From NCBI GenBank assembly GCA_965248925.1, contig CBDFLE010000005.1, positions 928,001 to 992,000 of the forward strand: a stretch of DNA of 64,000 nt, given 5' to 3'. The notes under the pieces are model-generated. The model ran no database searches. It had not been told where the DNA came from and saw only the letters and a program-made list of their open reading frames with translations. Below, one piece after another: positions 60,865 to 64,000 of the stretch; within the stretch, counting starts at the first letter, position 1, and each line of letters starts with the position of its first letter. The translations under genes and the position numbers were made by a program. Origin of the DNA: Candidatus Multivoradales bacterium. Its GTDB lineage: Bacteria; Acidobacteriota; Thermoanaerobaculia; Multivoradales; J023.

Positions 60865-61293
60865 CTAGCAGCTGGCGCTGGCGCAAGTTTCGGTCCACTG
60901 CGAGCTATTCCCGGTTTCGAAATTGTCGGCAAACAAAGGTCCGTTCGGGGTCACCTCGATAGTGGCCGTGGCGAAATTCTGCGACTCATCTTCGATTCGG
61001 TAGGTCACCGTGCAAGCCGTTCGCACCGCCGGGGTCGGGGTCAGCCGGACGACATCAAAAAGCACCTCGAAGGCCAGTGGACAAGTGGTCGAGAGGACCG
61101 TCAGGCGGAGGGCCTCGCCGTCGGGCTCTTGGTCATTGGCCAGCACGTCGATCAGCACTGGAGTGGCGGCGAGCAGCACTTCGTCGTCAACCGCGATCGG
61201 ATTGTTGTCGCATTGAGCCAGGAGCGGAGCTGTGGCCAGGCAGGCCAGGAGCAGCAGGGGGGCAGTATTCAGGCAGAATCTTCTTCGGTGCAT
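60865..61293 (-). CDS. Small secreted Ig/cadherin-like protein, probably co-transcribed with rhs
   Basis: Signal-like N-terminus; PIAVDD..IDVLANDQEPDG..TYRIED; C-terminal LFADNFETGNSSQW; 12 nt gap to rhs with GGGAG RBS. Confidence 0.75.
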   Translation of the reverse strand: MHRRRFCLNTAPLLLLACLATAPLLAQCDNNPIAVDDEVLLAATPVLIDVLANDQEPDGEALRLTVLSTTCPLAFEVLFDVVRLTPTPAVRTACTVTYRIEDESQNFATATIEVTPNGPLFADNFETGNSSQWTETCASASC

Positions 61294-61419
61294 CGCTTCA
61301 CCCTTCAGTTGGTTTTGTGGCTAAGTTGCTTTCACTACTTATAGGCGCACGAAGAGCCGAGAAGTTACAAGGTTTCGATATTTCATGGCTTTCCCCGGCG
61401 GTACGCACCTACACGCATC

Positions 61420-61966
61420 TACTGCTCCCCTTCGCCCTGTACGCGGCTTTCCCGCGCTCCGACTAGTACGAGAGCTCCGCCCTTCGTTCGGAACATCACC
61501 GGGCTTGCCTGGCATAGCATACCAGGAGTCCGAATCGAAGTTCCCTTGTTCGTTGAATCGACCCATGGCACGGTAGGTGGTCTGCTATATCCCTGGTCGC
61601 ACGGACGATGTTCCGCTTTCGGGACCGGAAGATCGCGTGCCCATTCCGGGCACACCCAGTCGGCATGGTTCGCACCCACCAGGCTCTGACGACACCCCCT
61701 CCACCCACGGAGGGATGTGCTTCCTTACAGAAACGTCCGACACAGACTACAGAAGACCGGGCAATCACCCGGCCGCTCTTCACCTTGGTACCTGTGGTAG
61801 CCCGTCACGGACGAATCCGCAAGAGCACTTCAAACCGCTCGGCTCTTGCAGGCCGCCGTTCCAACCTCGGCGACGTTCGCGGTCCCCTTCTGCATCCGGC
61901 CCGACCCGGACGAGGAGAGTTCCTTTCTTGACTCTCGGTCGATTCATCGTTTTCAACAAGGCGCAC
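61420..61966 (-). ncRNA. Probable group II intron 5' fragment (domains I-III), no RT ORF or domain V seen
   Basis: Minus strand begins GTGCGCCTTGTTGAAAACG and ends with the domain III-like GCGGAGCTCTCGTACTAGTCGGAGCGCGGGAAAGCCGCGTACAGGGCGAAGGGGAGCAG. Confidence 0.65.
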
Positions 61967-62046
61967 CAACCACCTCCACTTCCTGCTCGGAGCCGCCACT
62001 AAGAGTGGCACGGTAGAAGAGCGGTACAATAGCTCCCTACCCAACG

Positions 62047-62925
62047 ATGCAACCCTCTCCCTCATCCCTGCCCTTGAGCGTCGTCATCCCCAGTCGTGAT
62101 CGCTGCGATCGGCTGGTCGAGACCCTGCGCGCACTCGATCAGCAGGGGGAACTTGGCGCTGAGTTCGAAGTGCTGGTGGTCGACGACGGTTCGACTGACT
62201 CCACCCCCGAACTTCTGCGGCAGTTCTCTCCCGCGACTTACCAGCTGCGGCCAACCCACCAGCGGGCGAGCGGACCGTCAGTGGCGCGCAACCGAGCCAT
62301 CGCCCTGGCCAGCGGCGAGAGGGTTTTGCTGCTGGGCGACGACACCCGCCCCAGCCCTGGCGCGCTGGCCGAACATCTGCTCGCCGCCAATGGCGAGGAA
62401 GTCGGCGTCCAGGGGCATATCGACTGGGATCCGCGGCAGGAGATCACAGCGCTGATGAAGTTCTTGGCTCCGGCCGGGCCACAGTTCTATTTCGCTGGCT
62501 TGGACGATGGTTCCGAGGTGCCCTACACCGCCGTGCTGGGTTCGAATTTCTCGGCGCCGACCCGTTGGTTTCGCCGTCAGCCCTTCGATGAGACCTTCCC
62601 CGCGGCTGCTTTTGAAGACACTGAGCTGGCCTATCGCTGGCAGCGCCAAGGCTGGCGAGTCAAATATCATCGTGCCGCGCTGTGCTGGCATCATCACCAC
62701 TACGACCAGCTAGGCCCTTTCCTCGACCGACAACGCCGGGCCGGACGCGCCGCCCGCCATGCCCTATTACTCCATCCGGGTATGGCCTCGAAGGTGCTGC
62801 TACAACCAGCTCTGTGGGGTGGTTGGTTGGCACTGCGGCAACTCTTGCCCAATCCTCGCCGGCAACATGACGCCTGGGATTTGCGTTGCCGCGGCGCTTT
62901 CTTTCGCGGCCTGTTGGTCGGTTGA
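62047..62925 (+). CDS. Glycosyltransferase family 2
   Basis: LSVVIPSRDR..EVLVVDDGSTD..GPSVARNRAI..LLLGDD..FDETF..FEDTELAYR. Confidence 0.92.
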   Translation: MQPSPSSLPLSVVIPSRDRCDRLVETLRALDQQGELGAEFEVLVVDDGSTDSTPELLRQFSPATYQLRPTHQRASGPSVARNRAIALASGERVLLLGDDTRPSPGALAEHLLAANGEEVGVQGHIDWDPRQEITALMKFLAPAGPQFYFAGLDDGSEVPYTAVLGSNFSAPTRWFRRQPFDETFPAAAFEDTELAYRWQRQGWRVKYHRAALCWHHHHYDQLGPFLDRQRRAGRAARHALLLHPGMASKVLLQPALWGGWLALRQLLPNPRRQHDAWDLRCRGAFFRGLLVG

Positions 62926-63083
62926 GCCCCCTCCTGCTGACCAAACCCTGCTACAGGTCTTCAGCCACCTGTGCGAGACTGGTACCCTTGCCGGGGCCGC
63001 TATGGCCAGACCTCATCCAGATCTTAGAAATTGATCCCGAACGGCGGCACCATCGTCGATCGTGGGGAGCGCGGGAGAGCATC

Positions 63084-64000
63084 ATGCGAGCCAGAAATCT
63101 AGTCCCTGTATTGACCCTCTTGGCCCTCGGCCTAGCCTCGGCCGCGACTGCCGAGCGAGTAGCGCTGCGCGCCCCCGGCGGCCTCTATGTGTCTGCTGCC
63201 AGAAGTGGCGGGGCGCTGCGCGCTGACGCTCGGCAAGTCGGCCCGCAGCAGACTTTTGAAATCGTTCGCCTAGCCGGCAACAGGATCTCCTTGACCACCG
63301 AAGAGGGGCTCTACGTTTCGGCCTCGAGCGCTGACGGCGCACTGCTTGCCGATCGCCGCGACGCTGGCGTTTGGGAGACTTTCGAGCTAGTCCAGCTGGG
63401 TGGCGGCCGGGTGGCGCTGCGCGCCAACGACCGGCGCTACGTCACGACAGAGAACGGCGGGCAGCTTTACGCCAACCGCGATGCGGCCCGTAGCCGCGAG
63501 ACTTTTGAAATCGTTCGCCTGCAGCAACGCCCAGATGATCAGAATTGGAACAGCTCAGCGGAGCGCTATATCGCTCTGCGGACTGACGATGGCAGCCTGC
63601 TGTCGGCCGGCGAGTATGGCGATCAGCTGCGTGCCGACCAACGGCAGATCGGCGACAGCGAAGTTTTCCTGCTCAAAGAACTCGGTCAGGGTCGCATCGC
63701 ATTGCGCGCCTGGAATGGTCGCTACATCTCTGCCGACGACGGGCGGCTGGAGCTCGGCGGGCGGCGGATCAACACTCGCGAAGTGTTTGACCTGGTGCCG
63801 CAGCAGGGCGACCAACTGGCCCTACGGGCCTACAACGGGCGCTATCTTACGGCCGAGGACGGCGGCGGGCGTGAAGTCACGATCAACCGCTCGACGGTTC
63901 GCGCCTGGGAAATTTTCCGCCTCGAACGGGCCGATCCCTACACCACTGGCGGTGGTGAACCAGCGCTACCTCCCACCGCGGGTACTGGGCTCGGTCGCCG
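63084..64000 (+). CDS. Secreted fascin-like (beta-trefoil) repeat protein, runs off window
   Basis: Own translation: MRARNLVPVLTLLALGLASAATA then repeats such as VALRANDRRYVTTENGGQLYANRDAARSRETFEIV and LALRAYNGRYLTAEDGGG..WENF. Confidence 0.8.
   Translation, partial: MRARNLVPVLTLLALGLASAATAERVALRAPGGLYVSAARSGGALRADARQVGPQQTFEIVRLAGNRISLTTEEGLYVSASSADGALLADRRDAGVWETFELVQLGGGRVALRANDRRYVTTENGGQLYANRDAARSRETFEIVRLQQRPDDQNWNSSAERYIALRTDDGSLLSAGEYGDQLRADQRQIGDSEVFLLKELGQGRIALRAWNGRYISADDGRLELGGRRINTREVFDLVPQQGDQLALRAYNGRYLTAEDGGGREVTINRSTVRAWEIFRLERADPYTTGGGEPALPPTAGTGLGR

Noticed and set aside
61340-61966. Retron or diversity-generating retroelement driving tip variation
   Set aside because: No reverse transcriptase in the window, and tips differ by whole-domain replacement rather than adenine-specific changes

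Overview
High-GC bacterial window. Positions 1-56650 are a head-to-tail array of six complete units and one partial unit of a ~7.5-7.9 kb element, attached to the 3' end of one full-length, signal-peptide-bearing Rhs/YD-repeat toxin gene (55795-60852, minus strand). Read on the minus strand, each unit is: Rhs core + variable toxin tip, immunity gene, oppositely oriented Xre/RstR-like repressor, two SymE-like genes, CHC2-TOPRIM primase fused to a P-loop NTPase, Xer-like tyrosine recombinase, dif-like palindrome, and an invariant leader encoding a signal-peptide-like N-terminus fused in frame to the next toxin tip. Four toxin/immunity/repressor types occur in the order A,A,B,B,C,D,D, and the last D is the tip on the full-length gene. 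Every unit boundary falls at the same nucleotide inside rhs, within an imperfect 11-6-11 inverted repeat. My inference is an integrative, probably self-replicating element that inserts site-specifically into rhs, replaces the toxin tip and archives earlier tips with their immunity genes. Two IS3-family and two IS21-family insertions interrupt the array. Right of rhs are a small Ig-like secreted protein, a probable 5' remnant of a group II intron, a GT2 glycosyltransferase and a partial fascin-like secreted protein. All family calls are from motif recognition by eye; no searches were run.
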